Positions 29,777 to 39,985 of a stretch of DNA of 64,000 nt are shown here, piece after piece. The notes under the pieces were generated by a model, which searched no databases, was not told the DNA's origin, and was given only the letters and a program-made list of their open reading frames with translations. Position numbers and translations under genes: made by a program. The DNA is from a virus (taxonomy: Duplodnaviria; Caudoviricetes). The stretch covers positions 1 through 64,000 of the IMG/VR virus record IMGVR_UViG_3300029288_000106. The stretch is one strand, 5' to 3'. Within the stretch, counting starts at the first letter, position 1. Each line of letters starts with the position of its first letter.

Positions 29777-30000
29777 CCTAAAACCTTTTCATTAATAAAG
29801 TCTTCTAAACTATCTAAAACTTCTATATCTTCCGCTGCAAGATTTAATACATATACGATTGATACTTTCTGTTGCATTAGAGTTACTTGATTTTTAAATC
29901 TATTAACAAGCCAAGCAGCAGGAGAAAGACTTGTTAAAACATTGTGAAAAGCAAAACTCATACATCCTTCTGTATATGTAACATAAGTTATCAAATACAT
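29773..30000 (-). CDS. Hypothetical protein
   Basis: Short ORF. Confidence 0.45.
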   Translation of the reverse strand: MYLITYVTYTEGCMSFAFHNVLTSLSPAAWLVNRFKNQVTLMQQKVSIVYVLNLAAEDIEVLDSLEDFINEKVLG

Positions 30001-30003
30001 TTT

Positions 30004-31062
30004 CTATGCTTTTCCTTGAGATTTTGCTCGAATCTTATCTCTAATACTACTAACTCTCGATGCTAAATCATTTTCCTCTGGAATAGACGGAGTTGGATTA
30101 GCTTTCTTTTCTTCTACTGGTTTAGCTGCTTCTACCGGTTTAGCCTCAACTGGAACAGCTTTTGGTTCTTCTTTTACTGTATTTGCAACAGCAGCTGATT
30201 GAGTAGGTATTGCTTCTCTTTTCGGAGCTGAATGTTCATCAACTACATCTGTTCTTTGTCTGCTAACTCTAGTCGGAACAGTTTCACTATCTCCTATATC
30301 AAGATCATCATCAACTTGTTTTGAATCAACGCCAACTAATGCTTCTTGCATATCTTCATAAGTTCCTATTCGAAGAATATCCTCAAACTTTGGTACATTT
30401 AACCATGATTTTGGAAGAGCTCCTCTATCTTCAATACCAAATCTGGTATATCTAGTCATAGCTTTTTGTCCAGTTCGAGTAAAAACAATAATTTTTCCTG
30501 TATCTGGATGACTTATATTAATTAATCCACCGCCTCTTCTCAACTGACACTGCCCAGAAATCTCATCATTTACCCCACTTGCAGCATCCCACCACATCAA
30601 TGGTAAATTCGCTTTTTCCATCATCTCAGTTGTCGGATTTTGAGGCAAATCAGCAAGATCAACAATCCAGTATAAGTATCTCTTAGATGCACTTAGATTT
30701 ACAAGCCTATCATCTTTTGCATCTTGTGCAGCAATCACATCGCAGCGTTCACAACAAGCACACTTTTCATTAAGAGGTTCTTTTGTTATGATATCGGGTG
30801 TTTTCCTCAAACACAAGAAAGTTAGTCGATCAGGCCCAATATTTCCATGAACCCACACTTTCCGAGCAAAATACATCTCTGGAGAATCACTCGGAGGAAT
30901 TACAGCAATAAAATTATCGCCCACCCTTGCTTTAAATTGTTTAATACCAAGTCTATTAAGTTTATCAATATCAACATAATAAAACCTTGATACATCTTTC
31001 TTTTTCTGCTCTTCTCGCTCTCTTTGAATACCAGCAAGCCTTGGATCTATCGACTCTGTCAT
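30004..31062 (-). CDS. Single-stranded DNA-binding protein, gp32-like
   Basis: VWVH..FLC..CACCE Zn ligands, FTRTGQ..TRY, acidic/disordered C-terminus. Confidence 0.7.
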   Translation of the reverse strand: MTESIDPRLAGIQREREEQKKKDVSRFYYVDIDKLNRLGIKQFKARVGDNFIAVIPPSDSPEMYFARKVWVHGNIGPDRLTFLCLRKTPDIITKEPLNEKCACCERCDVIAAQDAKDDRLVNLSASKRYLYWIVDLADLPQNPTTEMMEKANLPLMWWDAASGVNDEISGQCQLRRGGGLINISHPDTGKIIVFTRTGQKAMTRYTRFGIEDRGALPKSWLNVPKFEDILRIGTYEDMQEALVGVDSKQVDDDLDIGDSETVPTRVSRQRTDVVDEHSAPKREAIPTQSAAVANTVKEEPKAVPVEAKPVEAAKPVEEKKANPTPSIPEENDLASRVSSIRDKIRAKSQGKA

Positions 31063-32018
31063 TTCTTATCTCCTTCATTGTATATCATACAAACATCCAC
31101 CACAAGAGCGGCCAATGCAGCTCTACCATGATAAAATGTACTAACACTTAGTTTTTTAATGATTGAAGCATAATCTCTTATATCTGCTATATTAGTTGCT
31201 TCCATCATCTTCCGCATCACAAACTTCATAACAGACATACGAATCATTTCTGAATCGCCTTGTATTGAATTTAATAATTTCAATATATATGTAACTTTAT
31301 TAAAACGATTTTCGGGTATTTCTGACAATGCAAGACATAAATCTAATACTCCAGCTTCTACTTCAGTATTCTTTAACAAAAGGTCTAGCATTTGCTCTTC
31401 ATCAGACAAATTTCTGATCATATCAATAGCATTAACAGCAAGCCTTGGAGCTCCATCTGATATCATGCTAACTGCTTCTACCATCTCATCGCTAATATTA
31501 AAATTTACTTTTTGGGCAGTTGATTTAATAAACTCGGGCATTTTCCGAGCATTAAGTTTTGATACTTGTAAACATAAACACCGTTGTCTTAAAGCAGCAG
31601 AGATACTCTGAAGATCAGATGTACAGAATATAAAATAAACATGCACAGGAATATCTTCGGTTGGCTTTAATAATAGCTCTTGTGCTGCAGAAGTTAATTG
31701 ATGCGATTCATCAATAATATATACTTTTGGTGTTCCTGAAAGTGTTCCATATTGTATTTTATCACTAATATCTCGAGTAGTATCTATACCTCGAGTATTA
31801 GAACCATTTATTTCAATTACACCCATATCATCGGAGCCAATCATCGAAGCATAAATCCGAGCAAGAGTTGTTTTTCCACACCCATAGGGACCATGAAATA
31901 TCAAAGCATGCTTTCGATCTTCAGGTTTGCGTCGAACTTGTTCATTTAGAGAAGATATAACAGCTTCATTACCAAATATATCTTCAAATTTTGTTGGTCT
32001 TAATTGTTGATATAACAT
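31059..32018 (-). CDS. Clamp loader AAA+ ATPase (DnaX/RFC-like)
   Basis: LYQQLRP, GPYGCGKTT, IIDESH, ALRQRC. Confidence 0.88.
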   Translation of the reverse strand: MLYQQLRPTKFEDIFGNEAVISSLNEQVRRKPEDRKHALIFHGPYGCGKTTLARIYASMIGSDDMGVIEINGSNTRGIDTTRDISDKIQYGTLSGTPKVYIIDESHQLTSAAQELLLKPTEDIPVHVYFIFCTSDLQSISAALRQRCLCLQVSKLNARKMPEFIKSTAQKVNFNISDEMVEAVSMISDGAPRLAVNAIDMIRNLSDEEQMLDLLLKNTEVEAGVLDLCLALSEIPENRFNKVTYILKLLNSIQGDSEMIRMSVMKFVMRKMMEATNIADIRDYASIIKKLSVSTFYHGRAALAALVVDVCMIYNEGDKK

Positions 32019-32087
32019 TTATTATGCTCTCAAACAAATAACAAGTATAAAAATATATACGAACTTTTTTATAAAATTTCTTATAAA

Positions 32088-34628
32088 TTATTTTAATTTT
32101 TGCATCTCATAATAATTTTCTCCCCACTCCCACGATATGCTAAAATTAAGACCTCTTTGCCAATCAAATACTTTAGTCTCGAAAATTTTCTTAACATTCA
32201 TCATCACAGTCTCTAACTCATCTAAATGTGTATCAAATAATACACTATCGTGTGTTTCAGATCGAATAATGGTATTAAATCTTTCTCTTGTTAAAAATTC
32301 ATTTATTCTACGAACAGCATCAAAAACAAAATGAAAAGCTGGACCTTGAACTGGAGTATTATAAATTTGCTCTATACTTAATGGAGCATACCGCCTAAAT
32401 CCTGTAACGCATGTTATGAATCCATATTGTTGGTATTCGGCTAAAGTTCTATTCTGCCATTCTTTAACTTCAGCATACTCCTCCCAGAACAACTTCTGAA
32501 CTGCTTCAATATGATCTCTGTTCATACCTATAGCCCCAGCTATTGAAGCAGGAACGGCTCCATATAAAGAAGCAAAAACAAACATATTTTTTGCATTAAA
32601 TCTCTCTAAACCAGTAATTTCTGATTCTGGTTTTTTATATAATCTTGCTGCCCATCTTCTATGTACATCAACTCCTGCAAGCAGCTGTCGAATAAGAGTT
32701 CTATCTCCCGAAACCATTGCAACAGTTGTTACTTCAATACCATTTACATCTGATTCAAGAAAAATATGGTTGGGACGAGGAATAATAATTTTTCTAAATT
32801 TCATTAACTCTTCATCATGTTTAAACATATTCTGAACATTTGGATCAGTTGTACTTGAACGAAATGTCTCTGCAATATTCATAGTAAAACAAGGATGAAG
32901 GTAGCCATCTTCTTTCAAACATCCTCTATACTCTTTAACTCGCTTTTTAAAACTCACAACTTTCCTATATTCTTTCACAAGTTGTGCTGATGACAAAACA
33001 AGAGGATCTTTATCTTTTCTTAATATGTCTTCTATTACTTCAGCATCGAGACTATAATTTCCTTCTTTTGTAACTCTTTGTATTCTTGTTCTAAGTATAT
33101 TGTAAAATAAATTTGGTAAATCTACATTAGATTGAATATTAATATCATGCTCATACTTTTCTTTAAATTTTAATCCTATTTCACTCTGAACCAATTCTTT
33201 CTGATATCTCACTATATCTGCATTTGCTTCTTCTTCAAAAGTATCAAGTTGTTTTCTATCAACTGGAAATCCTCGTTCTGTCATATCCACAAACGTCGAA
33301 AGGCCTTTATGTAAAAATTCATAAAAATCTCTCTGACACTTATTCTCTGGTCTATCAAAATACTCTTTAATAACCAAATATAACATATACTGATATCGAG
33401 CATCAAGACAGTTATATGGGTATAATCGCTCAATTGGCTCTTGATCCATCTTCTTAATGTTTACATCTCCTTTGTAAACATCTCCGGTCATCTGAAATAC
33501 CTGATACTCTAATGATGTAGTTCCAGATTTGCAAAATCTAACATGAGATGCAACCATCGTGTCCATAATAATATTATTAACTCTCGTGCCAAATTTAGCT
33601 CTTGACCAAGTCTCTTCCATATTAAAATTCTGTACAACTTTAGGAGTAGAACTTGCAAGAAATGCTTTAAATGCTTGCACTACATAAGCTTGACAAGGAA
33701 GAGACCAAGTAGGATTATCAAGCCATATACAATACCCTTCATCTATACTAGACGAAAATCCTATTGATAAAGGTCTTGCCCCTACCTCGTAAGGACTTAA
33801 TCGATTTGCTTCATAATCAAAAGACACAACAAAATTAACATCAGTTATTGATTTCAAAAACTCAATAGCATCATCTGGATTATCTATTAGATAATTACCT
33901 GATCTATCTAGTGGTTTGGGCAATGGTTTATTGAGATATTCTTTGAGTATTGATGCTATATCCCTCTTGAACACAGGATCAACCGAAGGATCATATAATG
34001 TACTTGCTGGATGATATGTTAATCCTACCCACGATTGATAATTCTGATAAGGATAAACATAACCATGAATTCTGCTAACAGCCAGTAAATCAGCTCTTTT
34101 GCCTTTAAAAACATCGTTTTTCATCACAGCTTTCATTGCTACATCACCTAAGCAAATAATAAGCTGTGGTTTAACTTCTTCAATATCTTTCATCAAATTA
34201 GCAAAACAACACTTAATTTGATCATTCGTAGGAGTTGCATTTCGAGGAGGATGACAACGTATAACGTTTGTTCTAACACAATCTCTATCAATATTAATTC
34301 CAGATTGTTGTAAAACAGAAGATAAGTACTGACCAGATTCTCCTACAAAAGGTTTACCTTCCCCATCTTCTGTTCGGCCTGGAGCTTCGCCTATTAATAA
34401 AATTTTCTTTTGTCCTTGACCATACCTCTGCATCTTCGGAGAATGACACCTTTCCGAAAGACCACAAGTTGAACAATTATAAACTTCAGGAGATGGAGTT
34501 GATGCTTTTCTACTTCGGCCTGTGCTTGATTTTGAACTACTTCTTACAGTAGATTTATTCTTCTCTTCTTGTCTCTTCTGATACAGAAGTTCGTTCTCAG
34601 TATAGAAAAAAGCTGGTTGACTACTCAT
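32088..34628 (-). CDS. polA: Family A DNA polymerase with N-terminal family-4 uracil-DNA glycosylase domain and 3'-5' exonuclease
   Basis: UDG: CSTC..C, GEAPG, TNVIRCHPP, YHPA. Exo: FDYE, YNCLD. Pol motifs A (ESDVNGIE), B (RFNAK..LYG), C (THDS). Confidence 0.92.
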   Translation of the reverse strand: MSSQPAFFYTENELLYQKRQEEKNKSTVRSSSKSSTGRSRKASTPSPEVYNCSTCGLSERCHSPKMQRYGQGQKKILLIGEAPGRTEDGEGKPFVGESGQYLSSVLQQSGINIDRDCVRTNVIRCHPPRNATPTNDQIKCCFANLMKDIEEVKPQLIICLGDVAMKAVMKNDVFKGKRADLLAVSRIHGYVYPYQNYQSWVGLTYHPASTLYDPSVDPVFKRDIASILKEYLNKPLPKPLDRSGNYLIDNPDDAIEFLKSITDVNFVVSFDYEANRLSPYEVGARPLSIGFSSSIDEGYCIWLDNPTWSLPCQAYVVQAFKAFLASSTPKVVQNFNMEETWSRAKFGTRVNNIIMDTMVASHVRFCKSGTTSLEYQVFQMTGDVYKGDVNIKKMDQEPIERLYPYNCLDARYQYMLYLVIKEYFDRPENKCQRDFYEFLHKGLSTFVDMTERGFPVDRKQLDTFEEEANADIVRYQKELVQSEIGLKFKEKYEHDINIQSNVDLPNLFYNILRTRIQRVTKEGNYSLDAEVIEDILRKDKDPLVLSSAQLVKEYRKVVSFKKRVKEYRGCLKEDGYLHPCFTMNIAETFRSSTTDPNVQNMFKHDEELMKFRKIIIPRPNHIFLESDVNGIEVTTVAMVSGDRTLIRQLLAGVDVHRRWAARLYKKPESEITGLERFNAKNMFVFASLYGAVPASIAGAIGMNRDHIEAVQKLFWEEYAEVKEWQNRTLAEYQQYGFITCVTGFRRYAPLSIEQIYNTPVQGPAFHFVFDAVRRINEFLTRERFNTIIRSETHDSVLFDTHLDELETVMMNVKKIFETKVFDWQRGLNFSISWEWGENYYEMQKLK

Positions 34629-35659
34629 AATTTAGGCTGCTTTTCTATCACAACATAAATAAGCTTCTCTGTGACAAATAATATAGCTCCTTTTGTTGTG
34701 TACGTAAGAGAATTACAAATAGGTGCAATTTCTTTTAAGAATAACGGATTAACAGAAAATTCAATTCTCTGCTTTACTGGATTAGTTAATTCCACTTCCT
34801 CTTCTAACTTTCCTAAATCTTTATCAACTGATGTAAATATACATTTTGTGCCTTCAACTACTACTCGTATCTCTTTATCAAGAGTTTGAATGTTTTTAAG
34901 GAGAGTGATATGCCTATCTAAAATCTCATTAAGAGAAGCAGGAAAATCTAAATTATCTACAATTGTTTCTTGTGGTGGAATAAATTGAAGAAGATTTTTA
35001 TACTCTCCTCTTAAAAGAACAGAAGAAAGAATTGTCCCATCATTCATCTCTATCACAATCTGATTATCTTCAATTAAACCGATTTTCATAATTTCTTTTT
35101 TGAAAGACAAAATTGTCTGAACAAGTTTAATTGGAAGAGTACAAGGATTAGCAAGAAGATTTTCTTTAGCAGTAAAATTAGCTATTCTATATCTATCTGT
35201 ACTAAACATATCTTTACCGTCTACTCTTACTCCACATAGTGGCCCTACTGAACTATCTTTTGAAACACTATATTGACAGAATTGAAAGCCTTCATATAAT
35301 TCAAGTGAAACTTCTTGCATATTCTCACAAACCAGCAGCTGAGGAATTGATGATAATTGAGCAAGAGTAAATGTACCTACAATCTTTTTGTCTTTTATTA
35401 AAACTCTTGTATCCTCCAGTTCTAATTCAATTGTATCTGAAGAAAGACTCTCGAGTAAAAACAAGAAAGAAAGTCCTGGAATAGCAAAAGTAGCTTGAAG
35501 ATCTGGACAAGATGCTTTGATTATCATTGTTCCATCGGTTGCTACAACTCTATCATTTTGAAAAATAAAACATTGAAATGTTGGAACAAGTACGTTAATT
35601 CCTAATGCTGGCTTTACTCTATTAAGTGCTTTTACTAACTCCTTACGATCTACTATCAT
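34625..35659 (-). CDS. DNA polymerase sliding clamp (beta/DnaN-like)
   Basis: VVATDG, STDRYRIA, ~345 aa; adjacent to pol. Confidence 0.8.
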   Translation of the reverse strand: MIVDRKELVKALNRVKPALGINVLVPTFQCFIFQNDRVVATDGTMIIKASCPDLQATFAIPGLSFLFLLESLSSDTIELELEDTRVLIKDKKIVGTFTLAQLSSIPQLLVCENMQEVSLELYEGFQFCQYSVSKDSSVGPLCGVRVDGKDMFSTDRYRIANFTAKENLLANPCTLPIKLVQTILSFKKEIMKIGLIEDNQIVIEMNDGTILSSVLLRGEYKNLLQFIPPQETIVDNLDFPASLNEILDRHITLLKNIQTLDKEIRVVVEGTKCIFTSVDKDLGKLEEEVELTNPVKQRIEFSVNPLFLKEIAPICNSLTYTTKGAILFVTEKLIYVVIEKQPKL

Positions 35660-35887
35660 ACCACTATCCTTTCCTTATTTTTTATAGTGTTTTAATAACT
35701 TTTACTAAATAACACCCACAATCAGTTTGAATAGGAAATTCAATTTGATCTGCACCCATAATTTCAAGATGCTCTACTAAATTCTCTGCAATTTTCCTAC
35801 CTTGAACTTGTTCCTCATTTAACTCTTCACACATTTTTACTTCTCAATATAGCTTTACATCTAACTTCATCTGACCATACAACAACA

Positions 35888-36241
35888 TTAGGCATTTTCT
35901 ATATTCTTAACTTCAATAGATTTAGGAACAATAAAAACATCAAAACAAGCTTCTTGTAAACAAAGTATTGAAATTAATGCTGCTCTATGAATTTCATTGG
36001 GAATAACACGTAATGCTATATTAGAATTGTTAGAAAAAGCTCTGTTCAAATGCTCTTGAACTGTTTTAGCAATATTAGTTCTCAATTCAAAACTATCTTT
36101 CTCAAACAAATAAGATTGCAAAATAGGCTTTATAATACTTGAAATCTCAAGGTCAACACCGTCTTCTCTAATTATCAGTATATCTGCTCTTGCTTTGAAT
36201 CTTTCAATCCTATCTTCAACACCTTCTCTAACACTTTCCAT
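35888..36241 (-). CDS. Hypothetical protein
   Basis: ORF. Confidence 0.5.
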   Translation of the reverse strand: MESVREGVEDRIERFKARADILIIREDGVDLEISSIIKPILQSYLFEKDSFELRTNIAKTVQEHLNRAFSNNSNIALRVIPNEIHRAALISILCLQEACFDVFIVPKSIEVKNIENA

Positions 36242-36256
36242 TCATTTCTCCTTGCA

Positions 36257-37342
36257 TCAAAATAAAGTTTTAATGGCTCTAAACTCTTCGATTGACGGAG
36301 CAATGCCTTTTGCTAATAACTGAGAAAAATACATTACATTAACTTTCTGTCGCTCGTGATGAGATGTTTCTAAAGCCAGTAAATCGATATCTAATCCTTT
36401 CAAGTAGCTTTCTATCTTTTCTTTCTCTTCTTCAGTATAAGCTGTTGTATAATGAGGATTAGTAACATTAGGTCTAATCTTTGCTTCTTCTGATACAACA
36501 ACAGCTAATGGAGGTAAAGTAAAATCAAACTCTCCTTTAATATTACATTTAGGTACAACGACATTACCAAAAGCAGCACTCTTTAACCACGACGTACTAT
36601 CTACTGAATAAAATGGAAATCGCTGTATCATATCAACAGATGTTACAGCAAAACCATGTACTTTAAGTTGAGGATTAACTTCAGCAATTATTTGAAAACA
36701 CTGATACGCAAATGTAAGAAAATCAGCTTTCCTCAAACCAGTAGCCATTCCACCTAAACCAATATACTCATATTCTTCAGCATATTTTTTCAACCACTTA
36801 AAATCTTCAAGAAAATGAAATACTGGAAGAGGTTTTAAACCATTTGACTCCATATATTTCTGATTTTCCCATGATTTTTCAGCATTGTAAATAATATCAA
36901 GATTAACATAAGCATGAAGCTGATCTTTGTATTTATGTACAAATGCAATGTACTCATCAAGGTACTTCCTAACTTCTGTATTATCAGCAAGGGAAAAATC
37001 TGCCATCCCCTGAACCATGCTTCTCTGTTTTTCTGCAAAAAATATTTGTGCATTTGAATCCAGCCTTTCTCTAAACTCCTCTTCTGAAAATGTTCTTATT
37101 CCTTCCACCTTTTCTGAATTAACTGTTGAATTGCTATTAATCAAACCTGTCATTGCATTAAGCAACGAATGTGCTCCTGAGTCCATAAATATACTTAATT
37201 TAGAGTTGCTGTCTAAAAGCTTTGCTACATCTTTTCCTTTCCAAAACGTTTCAAGCGAAGCAACTTCCCCTGACAACAATTTATCAGTCCAAAATCCTTC
37301 TTTATTAGATGTAGCAAGATTTGCCATATAAATATATTTCAT
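36257..37342 (-). CDS. dpdA: DpdA-like 7-deazaguanine DNA transglycosylase (TGT fold)
   Basis: FMDSGAHS, NLDII, PVFH, YIGLGG, VHGFA, YSVDSTSW; full preQ1 pathway in the window. Confidence 0.75.
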   Translation of the reverse strand: MKYIYMANLATSNKEGFWTDKLLSGEVASLETFWKGKDVAKLLDSNSKLSIFMDSGAHSLLNAMTGLINSNSTVNSEKVEGIRTFSEEEFRERLDSNAQIFFAEKQRSMVQGMADFSLADNTEVRKYLDEYIAFVHKYKDQLHAYVNLDIIYNAEKSWENQKYMESNGLKPLPVFHFLEDFKWLKKYAEEYEYIGLGGMATGLRKADFLTFAYQCFQIIAEVNPQLKVHGFAVTSVDMIQRFPFYSVDSTSWLKSAAFGNVVVPKCNIKGEFDFTLPPLAVVVSEEAKIRPNVTNPHYTTAYTEEEKEKIESYLKGLDIDLLALETSHHERQKVNVMYFSQLLAKGIAPSIEEFRAIKTLF

Positions 37343-38067
37343 TTCACTAATTGCTCCTGTCGAGAATCATAAATTAAAATAGCTTGTTTTGGTATATTGT
37401 TATTTTTTAGCATACTATCAAGATTTTCTAAATAGACTAATATTTCTGGCCACCAAGTATCAAGATCTAAAGCTTGAGCCAGATCACAAAGCTTTCTAAG
37501 CAAAGGCAAATCCCAATCTCTATATACGTTATAATCAAAAGAAGTTTCTTTAGCTTTACAACCAAACAACCAATTCCTTCCATATTGCCTTTTAGTTAAT
37601 CGAGCTATGCCTTGCTTATTGCCATCAATATGCATATGAGGCAAGGCACAATGCAAAGGCTTAATAGAATGAATCTGGCATAAATTATCTTTTAAAAACC
37701 GACATCTTTTACTATCATTTTGATAAGCTTTAATCTCGTAACTCTTTTCATTTATCTTAACCACAAAATTATGGCATTTTTTTATATCAAGAACAGTAAG
37801 GTCATCAACATAATTATCAAAACAAACAGCTTTACTTGCTAAATACACCAACGAAACAGGCCTTTTTGAACAACACTCTCCACAAGTACTACACTTAAAA
37901 TTACGAAAGAACTTTTCAGAAATTTCAACCTTTTTTGGAGGACTAACTTTTAACTTATAATTCTTTGCAAAAGTAATTGTAATATCATGTTTGGTTAGTC
38001 GATAAATATATTGAAACATATAAACAACTGAGCCAAGCAAATTCTCATCATATTTCTCAAGAATCAT
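37339..38067 (-). CDS. YkgJ/FliB-like cysteine-cluster protein
   Basis: FKCSTCGECC..CRFL..LCQIH..KPLHC..P. Confidence 0.75.
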   Translation of the reverse strand: MILEKYDENLLGSVVYMFQYIYRLTKHDITITFAKNYKLKVSPPKKVEISEKFFRNFKCSTCGECCSKRPVSLVYLASKAVCFDNYVDDLTVLDIKKCHNFVVKINEKSYEIKAYQNDSKRCRFLKDNLCQIHSIKPLHCALPHMHIDGNKQGIARLTKRQYGRNWLFGCKAKETSFDYNVYRDWDLPLLRKLCDLAQALDLDTWWPEILVYLENLDSMLKNNNIPKQAILIYDSRQEQLVK

Positions 38068-38978
38068 CAGAAAAATCCTTTTTGTTCTTCTTTTACTTTA
38101 ATTTGTGAATACATATAACTCTTCACTTCATATGATGGATAATGTGTTTTAAATAAAGACAAATTTTTGTTCAATTGAGCACCACAATTAAATTTCTTCA
38201 TGCCTCTCTGATACAAATCTCTCAGTACATAAATATCAAGCCATTCCATCATATTAGATGGAAGTTCCCAGTACTTACCAAAATTTGCTAAATCATAAGC
38301 TATGTCTTTTTGTATACCCACAACACGAACTGCAATTAACTGCTTAGCCATACAAAAACAATAAACAAAATAACCTACATGTTGAATTGCATAATCATAA
38401 CAACGAATATATCGATTAGTTGGAAACATTATTTTAAATGTGTTAGGATCAGCAAGTTTATGCTCTACCCACTCATCATGTAGAAGTTTTACTGCATTAC
38501 TATCAACTTCGCTTGACATGAATGATCTTGTTTTTACTTTATATCTTTCTAACTGTTTAAACGGATATATTAATCGTTGATATCTTTTTTTCTTATTTGG
38601 ATACGAATTAGGATTTAAAACTTTCTCAAGATCGTATCCAATTTCAATAAAAGAGTGAGCACCAGACAAAAAAACTTCAGGGTAGAGAGAATAAATAGGC
38701 CCTAATTTTATCAAGTAATCAATAAGTTTTCTTTGTATTTTATCATTCTCTGGATTGAAACAGAAACTTTTAAATCGGCCCTGAACAGAAGGAAGAAGAA
38801 GTATATTTCCTTCAAAAACAATCAAGCCATACATATTTCTTATTTCATCTAAATTGAAGTATGTATTCAACACTGGAAGAGAAAAATTATGTACTCCCTT
38901 ATTATCAAGATCCTCTATAGAAGTTAATTTCTTCTTATATTGATGAAGATCGCTGAGTATTGTTTGTATTTTGCTCAA
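38067..38978 (-). CDS. GNAT-fold protein resembling DUF2156/Fem aminoacyl-tRNA-dependent transferases
   Basis: KKKRYQRL basic helix, LHDEW, C-terminal RGMKKFNCG...NLSLFKTHYP pattern. Confidence 0.55.
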   Translation of the reverse strand: MSKIQTILSDLHQYKKKLTSIEDLDNKGVHNFSLPVLNTYFNLDEIRNMYGLIVFEGNILLLPSVQGRFKSFCFNPENDKIQRKLIDYLIKLGPIYSLYPEVFLSGAHSFIEIGYDLEKVLNPNSYPNKKKRYQRLIYPFKQLERYKVKTRSFMSSEVDSNAVKLLHDEWVEHKLADPNTFKIMFPTNRYIRCYDYAIQHVGYFVYCFCMAKQLIAVRVVGIQKDIAYDLANFGKYWELPSNMMEWLDIYVLRDLYQRGMKKFNCGAQLNKNLSLFKTHYPSYEVKSYMYSQIKVKEEQKGFF

Positions 38979-38986
38979 TTAAAAAC

Positions 38987-39172
38987 TCATACAATATTAT
39001 ATTTTTCTACTATGTCACAAATCCACTTAACTCTACCTGGTGTCATTTCATATTCTGGATGATCTACCATATCAATTATAAATTTCTTCTCTTTCTCAGT
39101 TAATCGAGTAGCTAGTAAATCAATAGCTTTTAATAATCTTTTTGCTTCTTCAATATCTATACTATCGCTCAT
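38987..39172 (-). CDS. Small hypothetical protein
   Basis: Likely start MSDSID overlapping the queE stop. Confidence 0.5.
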   Translation of the reverse strand: MSDSIDIEEAKRLLKAIDLLATRLTEKEKKFIIDMVDHPEYEMTPGRVKWICDIVEKYNIV

Positions 39173-39851
39173 GTGTCGCTCCAGGCCATAATACTTTATG
39201 TATTTGTAGAGAATAACTAACATCAGGTATCATATGAGCTTCATCTATCATCATTTCAGCTAATGCCTTTGGCCAGCCAGTAAAAATATCTGAATATTTG
39301 ATAGCAGGACTAAATACTTTCCTGGCCTTCCATGTATCTCTATTAGCTAAAACCAACCCCCGAGCTATGTAAAAATCATTAATTCCATCAATCACAAATT
39401 TAATAACATCACAATCCCGAAGTTGAAAAAAAGTCATAGCTCTCATTTGATCTTCCATTTTTGATGATGGAAGTTTATAATCAACAATCAAACGAAGATT
39501 TTCTTTAGCTAGCATATGATTAAATAAATCGTGTGAAACACTTAAACTGCCATTTGTCTCGATCGATACTCTATGTTTTCTATCAAGAAGACCAAGTACA
39601 AGTTGGGTAGTTTCTTCTTGAATTAAAGGTTCTCCACCAGTTATTGTGACTTTTGGTAAGATATTGAGTTTTAATATATCTTCAACAGATTTTAACTCTT
39701 TTGCCTTCTGGTCTTGAGCATATTTTGTATCACAAAATTCACACCTTAAGTTACATCCTCTTAAACGAATAAATGTACAGAGCTCGCCTGCTCCATTAAA
39801 TCCATTAACTTCACCATCGATACTATCAAAAATAGCCTGAATATTTAACAT
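39162..39851 (-). CDS. queE: 7-carboxy-7-deazaguanine synthase (radical SAM)
   Basis: IFDSIDGE, FIRLRGCNLRCEFCDT, ITGGEP, IETNG, SLQIHK. Confidence 0.93.
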   Translation of the reverse strand: MLNIQAIFDSIDGEVNGFNGAGELCTFIRLRGCNLRCEFCDTKYAQDQKAKELKSVEDILKLNILPKVTITGGEPLIQEETTQLVLGLLDRKHRVSIETNGSLSVSHDLFNHMLAKENLRLIVDYKLPSSKMEDQMRAMTFFQLRDCDVIKFVIDGINDFYIARGLVLANRDTWKARKVFSPAIKYSDIFTGWPKALAEMMIDEAHMIPDVSYSLQIHKVLWPGATHER

Positions 39852-39985
39852 ATCTAACCCTCAAAATAAAATACTTGTTTTATCAGATATATACGTAAAA
39901 TATTTTAAGATTTGTTTGAAATTTTATAAAAAATTAATCGTATAAAATTAAAAATACAAATTAAGATTTTGTAGGATATTAGTAT
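39852..39985. promoter_or_regulatory. Divergent promoter region with back-to-back CGTATA motifs
   Basis: AT-rich strand-switch gap; CGTATA on minus strand at 39890-39895 and on plus strand at 39939-39944. Confidence 0.6.

Noticed and set aside
36257-37342. Canonical tRNA-guanine transglycosylase (queuosine tRNA pathway)
   Set aside because: Lacks the CxCxxC zinc site of bacterial Tgt, no queA/queG in the window, and it sits beside DNA replication genes; a DNA-acting DpdA-like role fits better.
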